Shown: positions 1 through 13,900 of the stretch, piece after piece | Layout of the letters: every line of letters begins with the position of its first letter | Numbering within the stretch: the stretch's first letter is position 1 | NCBI GenBank assembly: GCA_900088475.1 | Contig: FLMG01000369.1 | Location: 1 to 64,000, forward strand | DNA length: 64,000 nt | Reading direction: 5' to 3' | Origin: Hyphochytrium catenoides | Taxonomy: Eukaryota > Protista > Hyphochytriomycota | Position numbers and translations under genes: made by a program | Notes under the pieces: model-generated | What the model saw: the letters and a program-made list of their open reading frames with translations, nothing else | Told to the model about the DNA's origin: nothing | The model's database searches: none

Positions 1-446
1 TCGGGGGACAGTCCCTAGCGACCAGGCGGACATCTTGATTTCTGGGGGAAAGTTGCCCTGAGGACGAAGAGACAGAGTGAGCTTCAATCTTTTTGCGCAC
101 TTCACTGTAGGAAAGGTGTGAAATGTGACTCGCAGTATTACTAATGAGGATGAAGCCCTGAAATATTAAGCATTATACTCTACAGCCATGATTATTACTA
201 CAGCGGTCTCAGAGCAAGAGTGATGGATTTACACACAATGTTGCTGTCTCAAACACATACCGAAGCCAAACTCACATAGTGTTTCGTAATCTGATCTCTG
301 ACTACTTAGTACGGGTACTACATTCAAACACGCAATTGTAGGAACACGCATACAGTACAGATTCAAACCCACTCTTCGTTGCTGTACGTTCATCTGTTCA
401 AGTTTCTCAAGAGTGCCATCCGTCCGCCCAAACAGGAGAGAGGAGA

Positions 447-494
<48 letters not shown>

Positions 495-958
495 CAGAGA
501 GAGACACTCATCAGGATCAGGAAGGAATGCACCGCTTTCTGTCTGGTTATAAACTCTCTCTCTCTCTCTACCCGCCAAACACGGCTTGATCGCTGCGTCA
601 TCACATCGACGCCTGATCTTCCGCACTTCTTTTCTCTTCTTTTCCCTCTTCCTCATTGCCAAAGCTTGCAGTCGGGCCCCGTTGCAATAGTCCTGTCTCT
701 CTCTCACTTTCTTCCCCACTCTCTCTCCTGATTGGGCTCGTGTGTCTGTGGCCTTCAGACACCAACAGAAGTCTTTTCTCTCCATCGCGCAGTAGCCCTG
801 CATCTGCGGGCAACGCACTCTCGCGCTCTGGCCTGGCAGGAGAGAGAAAGAGAGAAAGAGAGAGAACCAAGACGACACGAAGAAGAGAGAAGAGGACGGC
901 TGGCTCGTAAACTTTCAATACTTGTTAGCTAAGAGAGAGAGAGCTCGCAGAAAGAACC

Positions 959-3900
959 ATGTACCGTCTGGTTCCACCAAGGACCGGAGTCCGAGCTCTA
1001 ACTGCTGCTGGTAAAGTGAAGAATGGCGCTTCGCTCCTGCGGCGCTCGGCGTCTCCCTCTCTTTCCAAAAGTCATGCTCGTCGTTCTCTCTCTTTCTCCC
1101 GCCTCCCTCCGGCGACTGGGCTCTACAGTCCCAAGGAAGAGAGAGAGAACTGTGGCGTGGGAATGATTGCACATCTAAAGAGAAAGCCTTCCCGAGCCAT
1201 CGTGGAAGAGGCAGATATGATGCTGGTCCGCATGTCACACAGAGGAGGGACTGGCTGTGACCCTTGCTCTGGTGATGGAGCAGGTAAGAGCACCTCCCGC
1301 CTCTCTCTCTCTTTGTCTCTCTCTCTCTGTCTCTCTCTCGCATCTTCTTCCGTGTCTATGGAGTACCTCCTCGTTTCCTATGGCCCGTTGGCTTGTCTCC
1401 TCTCTTTCTGCCTGCTTGTCATGAGTGGCCGGTGCTGGTTAGTCTTAAGCCTCTTCAAAAGCCGTGATACCTTCTCTGCCTCTATCTCTTTCTCTCTCTC
1501 CTTTCTCTCTCGCAGTTCCTCTTCGTCATCTCTCTTACCTGTATGCCTGTCTCACCCTTTCCCCGTCTCCAGGCATGTTGGTCACTCTCCCTCACGAGTT
1601 CCTTCAGAAGGTGGCCAAGCAGGACATCGGCATCACTCTTCCTTCTCCTGGCGCCTTTGGAGTCGGTAACGTCTTCTTCCCTAAGAGTGACCAGGCAGTA
1701 GAAGAGGGCAAGGCAGTCTTTGAGGCCGTCGCGAAGCGTTACGGGCTGTCGGTCCTGGGCTGGCGCCGTCTTCCTACAAATAACTCCGTCCTTGGCGAGA
1801 GCTCTAAAGCGTCCGAGCCCTTTGTAGAGCAGGTCTTCGTCGAGAACAGCAGAGGACTTAGTGAGCAGGACTTCGAGAGAGAGCTCTTCTTGATTAGACG
1901 GGTAGGAGATGTGTCGATGTGTCTGTCTCCGTCTGTCAACTGGAGTTCGGCCTCCGTGTCTCTGGGAGGTCTTAAGTTGCTTGTCCACTGCTTCTTCAAT
2001 TCCTTCTTTGGTCCTTAGCTTCCCATGTCTGTCATCACTCTCGCACGGGCGGAGGTCCCGTATGGGTGGCCCTCTCTCTCTTTGCAGTGCTGCTTGCCTA
2101 GGCCCTGGCTCCCTTTTCCTCTCTTCTCACCCTTTTCTTCCCCGTTTGAATATTAGGTGGCACAGAACGAATGTATGGAGAGTGCAGCCGCGAAAGAGAT
2201 GTACATGTGCAGTCTCTCTTGCAAGACTATCACCTACAAGGGACAGCTGACTCCCGAACAGGTGAGAGGGAGCTACCCTGCTGGCCTTTAGTGCCATTGT
2301 ACGCTTTTTTCCCTTCTTTCTCTGTTTTTGCTATCCGAGGGGTGCACTTCTCCGCGCAGCGCTTCATGGGTGGACTGACTCGCAGCAACCTCTCTCTCTC
2401 TCTCTCTCTTCTATAGGTCTCGCAGTATTATCTAGACTTGCAGGATCCCATGTTCTCGTGCTACGTGGCACTGGTCCACTCCCGGTTCTCCACCAACACA
2501 TTCCCTTCTTGGGACAGGGCTCAGCCCAACCGCATCATGTGCCACAATGGAGAGATCAACACGCTGAGAGGCAACAAGAACTGGATGTTCTCTAGAGGAG
2601 CGCTGCTGGAAAGCGAATACTTTGGCGATGAGACACAGCGTTTCCTGCCTGTTTGTTCGGATAATATGAGCGACTCAGGGAACTTTGACTCTGTGCTGGA
2701 GCTCATTGTCAAGGTGCGAAGGGGGCGAGGAAAGACGATGATAAGGCAATAGGTTTGTCCTTTAGCTCTCGGATAGGCGACGCGCGAGAGAGGAATATTG
2801 TGGGAGCTGTGGGAGCTGCAGAAGAGAAAGAGATAGAAAGAAGTTCTTGCTTTTGCCAGAGGGAGAAAGAGAGAAAGGAGAGAAAGAAAGAGCGAAAGTT
2901 TCTGACAAGAACCACCGACAGGCATCGGACCGTACCCTTCCTGAGGCTATGATGATGATGATTCCCGAGGCATGGCAGAACCACCAACATATGGATGATG
3001 ACATCAAGGCGATGTATGAGTATAACTCCTGCATGATGGAGCCATGGGATGGACCTGCAATGATGGCTTTCACGGATGGTGAGTCCTCCTCTTTCCCTTC
3101 CTGGTTCGCATGTTCGCCTCCCTGTTTTTCTTGAGGTCTGCCCGCAGTTGACCGGACTTTCTCCCTCTCTTGCTCTCTCTCTACTATCTGGACCTTCCTC
3201 CTGACTGCGCAGGCAACTACATTGGAGCTACACTGGACCGGAACGGACTCCGCCCTTCTCGTTACTATGTAACCCATGACGACCATGTCATCCTTTCCTC
3301 CGAGGTCGGCGTTTTGCCAGAGTTGGAGGAGAGCAAAATCAAGATCAAGCATAGGCTAGAGCCAGGTACGCACAACAGAGAGAGAGTGTAAGAGAGAGAG
3401 AAGAAAGAGAAACGAGAGGGAGAATTAAACAAGAAAAGAAGACTCTTCCGTTGACTAAGTTCGCTGGCCACTTAGGTAAAATGTTCCTTGTGGACTTCGT
3501 GAAGGGAGAGATTGTCAACGATGCGGTCGTAAAGAAGGAGACGGCAACCTCACGGCCCTTCGTCGAATGGCGGAAGAACCTTACGCGCCTCTCTGACTGG
3601 GTGGAGCACGCTAAGGGTGGGAAGAAAGGCAAGGCTGCCCTCGCAGAGAGCTCACTTGTTGAGAAAAGAGGATACCTTGAGCAGGTCAGAGGCCCCTTCT
3701 TTTGCCTGAAACTCTTCTTATCCTGGCTCTATGCTGTCCTCTTCTTTTCCCTTTTGCCCCATCAGTGACACACCTTTGGAGGCTCTAGTCTCTCTCTCTC
3801 TCTCTCTCTCTCTCCACCATCTCTATAGCAACTGTCTCTAAGGAAAGACGTCTGTCTCTCTCTCTTGGCACCGCTTTCTGCCACTGCCGCCGTTGCCTTT

Positions 3901-6900
3901 CAGTTACATTCCTTTATCATTTTCCAATTCTCTAACTGGAATGTCTCTCTCTCTTTCTCTCTTCCGCCCTCTCGTTCTGCCTGCCACCAAACTCATCCAT
4001 CTTTTAATATCTTCGCAGACAAACCGTCGTCTCAACATCTTCGGCTATACCACGGAGACCCTGGACCTGTTGATCCTTCCTATGGCAATTGAAGGAAAGG
4101 AAGCGTTGGGCTCCATGGGCAATGACGCGGCACTAGCTGTGCTTAGCGAACAACCAAAGCTTCCTTTTGACTACTTTAAGCAGCTATTCGCTCAGGTAGA
4201 AGAGATTGACCGTGAGCTGCCTCACTATCGCTCTTTCCCTTCCTTGCTGCCCAGTCACAGCGAGCACTATGGTTTTTTTGGCCCATGGATTATCGCCTTC
4301 TAGGTTGATGGCAGCCTTTCTTCTTGTCTCGCGCCCAATTGACTCTTTCTTGGCCGGAGACTCTCTCTCCCTCTGTCTCATTATCATACCTCAAGCTGCT
4401 GCCTCGGGCCCAACGTCTCTCTTTCTCTCCTTTGTATAGGTCACAAACCCTCCTATTGATCCTATCCGTGAGGACTTGGTGATGACTCTCATGTGCCCTG
4501 TGGGACCGGAAGGAAATCTTCTTCGTCCTGGAGGTGGACACGCCCAGCGCCTGGTGATTGATCATCCAGTTATCTCTACAGAGGAGATGGAAATCATCAA
4601 AAACACAGGTGCAGCGATGCCCCTCACTGTCGCGGTGTCTCTCTATGTCTATCTTTTTCTATATCATACACACAGGCCCATCTCTCTCTCTCTCTCTCTC
4701 TCTTAGCCACACACTCAGAGAGACATACTTATCTGTGTATCTTCTCTTTTCGGTCTGGCAAGCAGCTAGACCGTCTTCGCCTTGCGTCTGTGGCTGACCC
4801 TCTCTTTGACAGAGTTCAAGCAATGGAAGAGCAAGACGCTAGACGCCACTTTCCCTGCTCACTCGGGTCCAGAGTCCCTTGTTCGTGCTCTAGAACAGCT
4901 CTGTGAGGAAGCTTCGTCAGCCATTGCTGGGGCAAGAGAAAGAGGAGAGGAAGGAGTTCCCATCATCGTTCTCTCTGATAAGCTAGCAGGGCCTGATCGC
5001 TTCCCTATCCCCTCTCTTCTGGCTGTTGGCGCTGTCCATCAGCATCTCATCAGGACCCAACAGGTTGGTTCTTCTTCTCGGAGTTGGGCGACTTTCTCTC
5101 CCTCCGACTCTCTCTCACTTTTCTCCTCGAATTATCTCTCCCATTTAGCGTGCCAAGGCCGCCATTCTGTGTGAGGCAGGAGATGCACGAGAGGTTCATG
5201 ATCTCTGTACCCTTGTCGGCTTTGGAGCCGACGGTGTCTGCCCTCACCTCGCATACGAGGCCATCTCTAAGCTCTACGCGGACGGGATGGTTGCCGCAAG
5301 AGGCGGCGGAGCACTTAGTGAAAAGGAGCTGAAAGAAAACTATAGAAAAGCGCTTGGAAAGGGAATTCTAAAGGTAAGCAGAGGTCCTTCTGACCTCCTT
5401 CTCCACCCTTTCCTCTCTTCTCGCTTCGTGCCTGCAAGATAGACAAATGGCAACGTACATGGAGAGAGGGAGACAAAGACAGGCGACATAAGTCTAGAAA
5501 GAGAAAAAATGAGAAAGAGAAAAAGAGAGAGACAACGCGACATATCTAAGTCATCTCTTCATCTATCAGGTAATGTCGAAGATGGGTATTTCCACCCTTC
5601 AGAGCTACAAGGGAGCCCAAGTCTTTGAGGCTGTCGGTCTCGCTGATGACGTAAGTATCTAGGACCTCGCTCTCTCATCCCTGCTGAGGAAGGCTCTCTA
5701 TCTCTCTCTTTTTTCTCTCTCTTCTATGACGACTTGTGGACTCTCCTCCTTCCTGCCTGTCTTCTGGCCTTCCTCCCTACTCCCGTCCCGTTCGTGTCTC
5801 TTTGCCTCTCTCTCTTTCCTTTCTCTCTTTCTTACCCCCTCTCTCTCGCGCGCGTCTTTCTTTGCTCTTTTTACACTTCTTGTTCTCCCTCAGACCTTTT
5901 CTGTCGCTAGTCACTCTGTCACCTCCAATGGTCTCAAACATCCATCTCTCTCTCTCTCTTCTCCACTACCAGGTCATGGATCTCTGCTTCACGGGCACCA
6001 CTTCTCGTCTCGAGGGAGCAAACTTCGAAGCTTTATACACTGACATTGCCCGCATGCACGAGGCAGCCTACCCGATTCACTCCAACGAGGTGCCTCTCCT
6101 TCCGAACCCTGGCAACTTCCACTTTAGGAACAAAGGAGAGGAGCACTTTAACACTCCAGGGAGTATGGTGGCTCTCCAGCAGGTGCGCAGCGGAAGAAGA
6201 CGCTAACTAGACGATGTCTTCTGTTCGATCGAGTGATTGATTGAGAGGGAGAGAGAGAGAGAGAAAGAGAGAGAGAAGGGAAGCCAAATAATAGGTGCTG
6301 ACTAGGGTTTATCTCAAGATCACTCCTGTCCCCTACCTCTACTCCTGCATCTCTGGCTCATCTGTGGCTTGTGGACAGGCTGCGCGGACGAATAGTCGCG
6401 CTGCGTACAAGCAGTATACCGAACTATCCAACAAACAAGCAGAGAAAGTCTCCTTCCGCGGTCTCCTGCGCTTTAAGACGGATCCTGCCCGCTCCATCTC
6501 TCTGGAGGAGGTGGAACCGGTGCAGGAGATTGTCAAGCGATTTGTGACTGGCGCCATGAGCTTGGGATCTATCAGTGAGTCGTCGATGTCTTTCTCTCGC
6601 TCTCTTTCTCTTTATCCCTCTCAATCTCTCTTCTCTCTCTCTCCCTCTCTCTCTTTATTACTTGCCTCCTGTGTCTAAATGCTCCGCTCATGCTAATAGT
6701 CCCCATCTGTCTTATCTTTCTAAACCTCTGCGTCTTCATCACCAGGCAAGGAGACTCATGAGACATTGGCGAGGGCGATGAATAAGTTAGGAGGGAGGAG
6801 TAACACCGGAGAGGGAGGAGAAGATGTAGAGAGGTATGTACTCAGCCTGCTGCTAAGAGCGAACGTGGGACTTTAGCATGTCTGTGTGCTTGTCTCATGT

Positions 6901-9900
6901 TTCTCTCTGTCTGTATCTTGCTCTAATGATCGCTGCCGTCTGTCTAAAGGTTCTATGATGACCGGCGCTCTGCCATTAAGCAAGTTGCTTCTGGGCGTTT
7001 TGGCGTGACGAGCAATTATCTCGCTCACTCCGATCAAATCCAGATCAAGATGGCGCAGGGAGCAAAGCCAGGTCCGTAGACCTCCGGCCTCAATCCTCTA
7101 TCATCTGAACAGTAACTCTCCTCATTAGCCTTCTCTCTCTCTTTCTCTCCCTCCTCTTTTTCTGCCTTTCTTTGTCTCTCTCTTACTACCTCTTCTCTCA
7201 GTGATGGCTGTTGTAAGTCTTCACTACATATGGAGTAGCTCTCTCTCTTTCTGCTTCGCTTCCTGCTGACTCTCTCTCCTCTCTGTCATTGGTCCCAGGC
7301 GAGGGAGGCGAGCTGCCTGGTCATAAGGTCTCTCCTTACATTGGCTCTCTCCGGCACACAACGCCAGGCGTGGGGCTGATCTCTCCTCCCCCGCATCACG
7401 ACATCTACTCCATTGAGGATCTTGCACAGCTGATCCACGACCTAAAGAACGCGAATCCAAAGGGCACCGTGTCCGTAAAATTGGTGTCTGAGGTTGGGGT
7501 TGGCGTTGTCGCTGCAGGAGTCGCCAAGGCAAAGTCGGATCATATCACGATCTCAGGAGGTGATGGAGGGACTGGCGCTGCTGCGTGGACAGGCATCAAG
7601 GGCGCTGGGCTGCCATGGGAGGTAAGGAAGGAACGAGCTTGGAGAGAAAGATAGGGATGGGAGAGAGAGAGAAAGATAAAAAACAGAGAGATGTGGCGGT
7701 GAAACAGAAATAGCACCAGAGTAGCAAGGGACGGGAGAGCCTCAAGTGGCAGCAATGGCAATGTTAGGGAAGCGCTTAAGGGATCGAGAGAACAGAAGTG
7801 TACTAGCTGAGGATAGGGTCTTCCTCTTTCTTACGTCGTCTCTCTTTTCCTCTCTCTGTGTAAATAGCTTGGTATTGCCGAGGCACAGCAGACCCTGGTC
7901 CTCAACAATTTGAGAAGCAGAGTGCGTCTGCAGGCTGACGGTCAGATCAAGACAGGAAGAGATGTTGTCATCGCCGCCTTACTGGGTGCAGAGGAGTTCG
8001 GCTTCTCGACTGCTCCACTAATTGCCCTCGGTACGTCAACCCAGCAGCCTTGTTATTAAGGACTCTCTCCTTCGTTTCTGTCCTCGAGCGAGTCCCTCCT
8101 TGATGTCCTCTGACCCCTAGCACTCTCTTCTCTCTCCTCTCTCTCTCTTGCGTCTTCATGTCTCGTCGCAGGCTGCATCATGATGCGCAAGTGTCATCTG
8201 AATACCTGCCCTGTGGGCATCGCTACCCAGGACGAGGAGCTACGAAAGAAATTCAATGGACAGCCCGAGCACGTTATCAACTTCTTCTGGCTTTTGGCTG
8301 AGGAAGTTAGGGAAATCATGGCAGAGCTAGGTAAACTCTCGAACCTTTCTCTCTCTCTGCAGTGGTTTCTTCCTCTCAACCACGGGTGTAATGTATGGAG
8401 AAGAAGCATTTCTTGTTCCTGTTCTCCTCCTTCCTCTCTCTCGTTTTCTCTTCTCACTTCGCTCTCTCTCGTTTTCTCTTCTCACTTCGCTCTCTCTCGT
8501 TTTCTCTTCTCACTTCGCTCTCTCTCTTTCTCTTGTCGATCTTCTTCGCGTATGGCCTTGGGCCTACCATTTGCGCTCTATATATATCTTTACTGATACG
8601 TGGCCTGTGGCTTGTCTTACCTTTAGGTTTCCGCAAGATGGACGACATGGTAGGACGGGCTGATATGCTGGAGGTGGACTCGGCGAAGCTGCATTATAAG
8701 TCCAAGGGTCTCGATCTCTCTCCTCTCCTCGTCCCAGCTGCCTCTCTCAATGAAGAAGCAGGTGCTAGAAAGCTGCAGGAGCAGGACCATGAGATTGATA
8801 GAGCACTAGATAACAAGCTCATTGAGCTTGCGACCCCAGCTTTAGAAAGCAAAGAAAAGGTAAGAGGATCAAACAGCCTTTTAGATTAGAGACCGCGGCG
8901 GACATATGAGAGAGACAGAGGGCTCCTCACACGTTTTTTGGTTTGGATGCGCCTCTTTCTCTGTCCATCTCTCGGTTCCTCTCTCTCTCTCTCTCTTTCT
9001 TTTTTCGACTGAATGCTCACCGGCCCAATTGTCTCTCTCCTGTGTGTCTCGGTGCTGTGTGTTGGCGCTGACTCCTGTGCGCCATAGGTGGAGATCTCCG
9101 TTCCTATCACCAATCTAAACCGCACGTGCGGGACTATGTTAAGCTATGAGATCAGCACGCGGTACGGAGAGGAAGGACTGCCAGACGACACGATCCATGT
9201 CAAGCTTGAAGGACATGGTGGACAGAGCTTGGGCTTTGCCCTAGCAAAAGGGGTCTTCCTTGAGGTAAAAGACGGCTCTCTCTCCCTCACTCTTTCTCTT
9301 TCTCTCTGTGTGCGCGTCTCTCTCTCCTGATGTCTCTTTCTCTCAGCTTGAGCTTGTGCTTTTATCCAGCCGATCTTGGAACCAGTTAGCTCGTTATCGC
9401 CGCTCTGTCTCTCTCAGTCCTCCCGCTAACTCTTGGACCGCCCTTGTACATCCTGACCCTTTTCCCTCTACTAACTCTTTCCTCTGCTTTGGCCCGCTTT
9501 AACAGCTTCAGGGAGATAGCAACGATTATGTTGGAAAGTCTCTCTCCGGCGGAAAGATAGCTGTCTATCCTCCGTCTTCCCTCCTCGACACTGGCTTTGT
9601 TCCTGAAGATAACGTGATCATCGGTAACGTTGCCCTCTATGGCGGCACTCGCGGTGCCGCCTACTTTAGAGGAAGAGCTGGAGAGCGCTTTGCTGTGCGA
9701 AACTCAGGCGTGAAGACAGTCGTTGAAGGCGTTGGAGACCACGGTTGTGAATATATGACGGGCGGTAGAGTGGTTGTGCTCGGGAGGACGGGACGCAACT
9801 TTGCTGCAGGAATGAGCGGGGGAGTAGCGTATATTTATGACCCCAACGGTACGCCTCGCTCTCTTTCTCTCTTAATCTCTCTCTATCCCTCTCGCTTTTT

Positions 9901-10376
9901 ACCGCTTACGTTCCCTCTTCTTGATGCTTCTTACCAGCTTCGTTACCTGGTCGCCTTCCTGTCTTTGTATGTCTAGCGTTCTTGCTAGGACGGATGGATG
10001 GCCAGACTGTGTTCTTCTTCATCTTCTTGGCTGTTTCTCTATTTAAGAATGACCCTTTTTCTCCTAATGCATTCGCGCTGACATTCTTTTGCTTGGCTGA
10101 TTGTCTGTCTGGTCCACTGTAGGCGAGTTCCCTTCCCGTTGCAATCCTGGAATGGTGGGACTTGAGAGTGTAGAGAAGGGAAGCGAGGCGGAGGAGGAGC
10201 TAAAGAGCATGATTGAGGAACATGTTGCACATACATCCTCCACCGTCGGAAGAGAAATTCTCTCAGACTGGGACAGGGAGCTCAAATATTTCGTGCAGGT
10301 GATGCCCTATGACTATAAGAAAATCCTACTCGCGAAAAGGGCAAACGGAGAAGAAGCACAAGCTGCCGTGGCCTAA
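959..10376 (+). CDS. gltB: Glutamate synthase (GOGAT) large/alpha-type subunit, about 23 exons, with N-terminal presequence
   Basis: Exons joined at GT-AG sites give ENCGVGMIA (catalytic Cys1 of the Ntn amidotransferase domain), [111 protein letters not shown], the [3Fe-4S] motif [15 protein letters not shown] and the GXGXG domain ([11 protein letters not shown]). Stop TAA at 10374-10376. Confidence 0.97.
8434..8517 (+). repeat. Intronic 28-bp minisatellite, 3 copies (ctctctctcgttttctcttctcacttcg)
   Basis: Three consecutive identical units read directly in a glutamate synthase intron. Confidence 0.9.
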
Positions 10377-10976
10377 GACTCTACACCCCCTCTCTCCTCT
10401 CTCTCTCTCTTTTTTTCCAAGCGAGTTTCTCTCTTGCTTTCTAGGCCTCTAGAGGCAGTCAACTTATGCTCATAAAGTAAATATAGCAGTGACGAAAGAC
10501 ATTCCTATAAGTCGTGCTGGACACTCAGTACGCAAGATTGGAAGAGAGAGACAGAGAGCGAGAGCAAGAGACATCACACAGTGATGACGAAGCAGGGAGA
10601 TGAAAGGATAGATATCCTCTTATGGGGGAATGGGAAGAGAGAGAGAGAGAGATCATCCGAGATGGTGAAGAGGCGGACGTCTGCACCCCTGCGAGTTGCT
10701 GTCGCGAGGGTAATCTATATAAATAAGATAGCTCTTCTAGGAAATTCATAAATAGCGGTAGGGAAGGGATAATGATAAGTTGCGTCAAAGGAAGTAAGGA
10801 CACGAAAGATGACACTGCACGCTCGAGGATATTGGACATTGGAGACCTAGAACATAGAAAAAGAATGGGTTTTGCAGGAAGAGCTGGGTGGCAAAGAGAG
10901 AGAAAGAGAGGATTTGTGAGCCCTCTTCGAGGTTTTCAGCGTCTCTAGGCTGGTTGCTCTTGTCCTTTCCTCGTCT

Positions 10977-13900
10977 TCATGGTGTCGCTACAGGCGTCCG
11001 TAGGCGCAAGTAGGGATCTTCAGCACTGAGTGGATGAACGATTCCATCCTCCTCTACTACTGCGCCGTTTGGTCCCTCGCCCTGTGCCGGTTGTCTGGCG
11101 GTTGCGCTGTCCGGCCGAGGTGAGAGCTGGCTAAAGGCACGAGGTGGATTGGGAGTGAGAGAGGACGATGCCTCAGAGCATAAGGATCCCCTATAATGTA
11201 CGGAACCAATAGTCTCCGCCCTGCGAAGGATGGAAGCGCGCAGCTTGCCATTCTTCTTCGGTGCATCGCTCTGGCTATTGTCTAGGGAATCGAGTCTTAA
11301 GAATGCTGGATGGGCTAGAGGTGAGACTCCATCGGCTCGACCACAGGCTAGTTCTTTGGTCGACAATGACCTCTTTCGAGGGCTAGAGCTCTCCTTCACG
11401 TCCCGATCTAAGCCTGCACCAATCCTGATCGCAATGTGATGAAGACTCTCCAGGCCTGTGGCACAGCAACATCGTCATTATTTATCGAAAGCATGCAGCC
11501 ATGGAGCGCCAGCTAAGAGACTACCTTCCTTTTCCTGGACCTCTGTGCCCTCTTCTCGTCTGCGGACGTATTCCTGGTGCTCTTTCAAGGCTTCATGGAT
11601 TCTACGGATATGACGCCATTCAATCGCTTCCAGAACACCAAACTTATTGGCCCGCTCTGACAACGTCCTTATGGCGGATAGGTATCGGTCCAACTGAAAG
11701 GGTCACAGTTCAACCGCATGAGGGTTAACGGGAGAACGTCAATGAGAGAGCACAGGGCAAACAATGAGCAGGCAAAACCTTTCCAGCTCCACGAAGATAA
11801 GCCGTACGAACTCACGGCAGAACACCAGAGAGGCAGACCAAAAGAGCTTGCCCACGAGGTAACGATGACCATCGAAGAAGCAGACGGAACCTACAAGAAC
11901 GGTCATCTAAGAGGAACCATAGGCCTACGTCACTTACTCTATTCTTCTCAATGTCCAGTTTGGTATGGTTGATGACAGATAGCTCGTCTAGAAACTGTGG
12001 GCGGAAGATGTAGAAGCCCTGGGAGTCCAATAGTGACAAGAGGCCTGCTCGAGTCCAGGGTCCAGCCCGCGATAACCAGTCATCTACGAGGACCAGCCGA
12101 TGGGAGTGGAAAACACGCTGGTTGAAGAGGTGGGTGAAGCTGTACGTCCCGCAAGGTAGAAGGGGAAAGTCAAATATAGAAAGAACAGGTCAGTTTCCAC
12201 GTTCAGGGAGAGAGTCCAGGTAAAAACACACTAGCCCTTGATGGAGTCTTAGCTAAAGTGGCTAGACCTGGAAGATTATCTACGTAAGGCGAGCTCGAGA
12301 AGCAATATGATATGCCTTCTGAGAGGTCATTTCGGTGTCTTGCATTTTCACTCTGGCCTAGAACGAATCTCATGCGGTACTCTGTGGCCGCCCGTCTGTC
12401 GTACCTGACATGCCCCATCGTCGGAGAACCAAAACTCATCAGAGAAAGAGGTACTTTGGCTAGATACGACTGGCCTTGGAGGTCTATGGCAGCCAAAGCA
12501 GCTATGGCGCCACCGACGCTATGACCAGTAAAAAACACATGTCTGCAGGTTCATCATAGGCGGCCACACAGGAAGAGCGACGGGAATTGAGACGGAAGTT
12601 AAAGGAAGTCGTTCACTCGTGGAACAGGATGAAAGGATGGCATTGAAAAAGGAGCTAGAATCCCGTCAAAAGACCTGACTCCAGTGATAAGACCATCGTA
12701 GCGGGTAACAAAGATGTACTCAAATCGACCAGGACGCTGTGGGCAACATATGTCAAACTACAAGTGCGAAGACATGACTTGAGTGAAACCCTGAGAACGA
12801 TTGCAGAGGTTGAGGCAGAAGGAGAGGGAGAGAGAGATTCAGTCCGACCTTGGCTTTCGCTGTAAAACATTGGACAGCATGCCATGCAGCATCGCCTCCA
12901 GAAGTTGGGGTCTAATATCGAGATAAAGGTTGAGAAGAATACTGCGTACGTAGCACACTTTGCCTTGAAGCCCCTCTATGCCCTGCAAGCGTACTAGCTT
13001 GCTTTTGAGTATCTCTTTCATGGCCTTGTCTCCGTCTCCTTCAGCGAATCCTCCTCCTCTTGAGAATGCAGCGACAAGGACAACGTCTCTAGAAGGGGTC
13101 CGCGCTCCAAATATCTGAGCTCTCATTCCATTGGGGTGAAGTATGGCTGGAGCGACAAGCCTCACCGTAGGAGGGAGAAGATCATGAATGGACTTCGATT
13201 GACCGGGGCCACGACTTCTTGCTGCCATGGCGAGCGAACCCATGAGAAAAGAAGAAAGACACAGGGAGTATCAGTACGATGGCCACACATTCAAAAGTGC
13301 CTAGCGAGGAGGAGAGAAAGCAGACAAATCACATGGGACGCCTAACTCGCAAATGATGGCCGGGAAAGCAAAGCATGAAGAGAGACGAACTTCCACGCAG
13401 TGCAAGCACAGCAAGTCGAAGAGGCAGAGAAGAACCTCGATGGCTCGAGGGCATAAGAAAGGTAGCATCACCTCCAGAAGTCGAACACTTCTTTTGGTAT
13501 CTGCTGGGTGGTGGACTATAACAGGTGTACGAGCATAGGGCACATAAGTTCAGCTCAAACACATTGAAGTGCTTGCTCAAAAGCCTCTCTCTTCTAGCGG
13601 CTCCAGCTCCTTAAAAAAANNNNNNNNNNNNNNNNNNNNNNTGCGCTACCCCAAGAACCATAGAATAGACATTAGCGGAGAGATCCAGAGAAAAGGTCTT
13701 CCTTGAGAAGGCCGTCATTGGATCGAGAGCTTTCCGGAACAGATGGAAAGAGAGAGGAGCGATGCCTGCTAAGACGAAAAGACGGAAGGACAAGTGATGC
13801 GGTCTTTTCCTGAAAGAGGAATCTAAAGAGAGAGTGTAGCGCGTCATCAGAGACTCCACTCCTAGCCAAATAAAGAAGGAGAAGTGGAGTGCCCGGTAGG

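Noticed and set aside
229-932. Short ORFs rich in SL/ER dipeptides here and throughout (e.g. 21189-22376, 22949-23827, 29988-30406, 31221-32026, 33416-33756, 52007-52267)
   Set aside because: They are translations of (CT)n/(GA)n microsatellites, which lack stop codons; no domain content.
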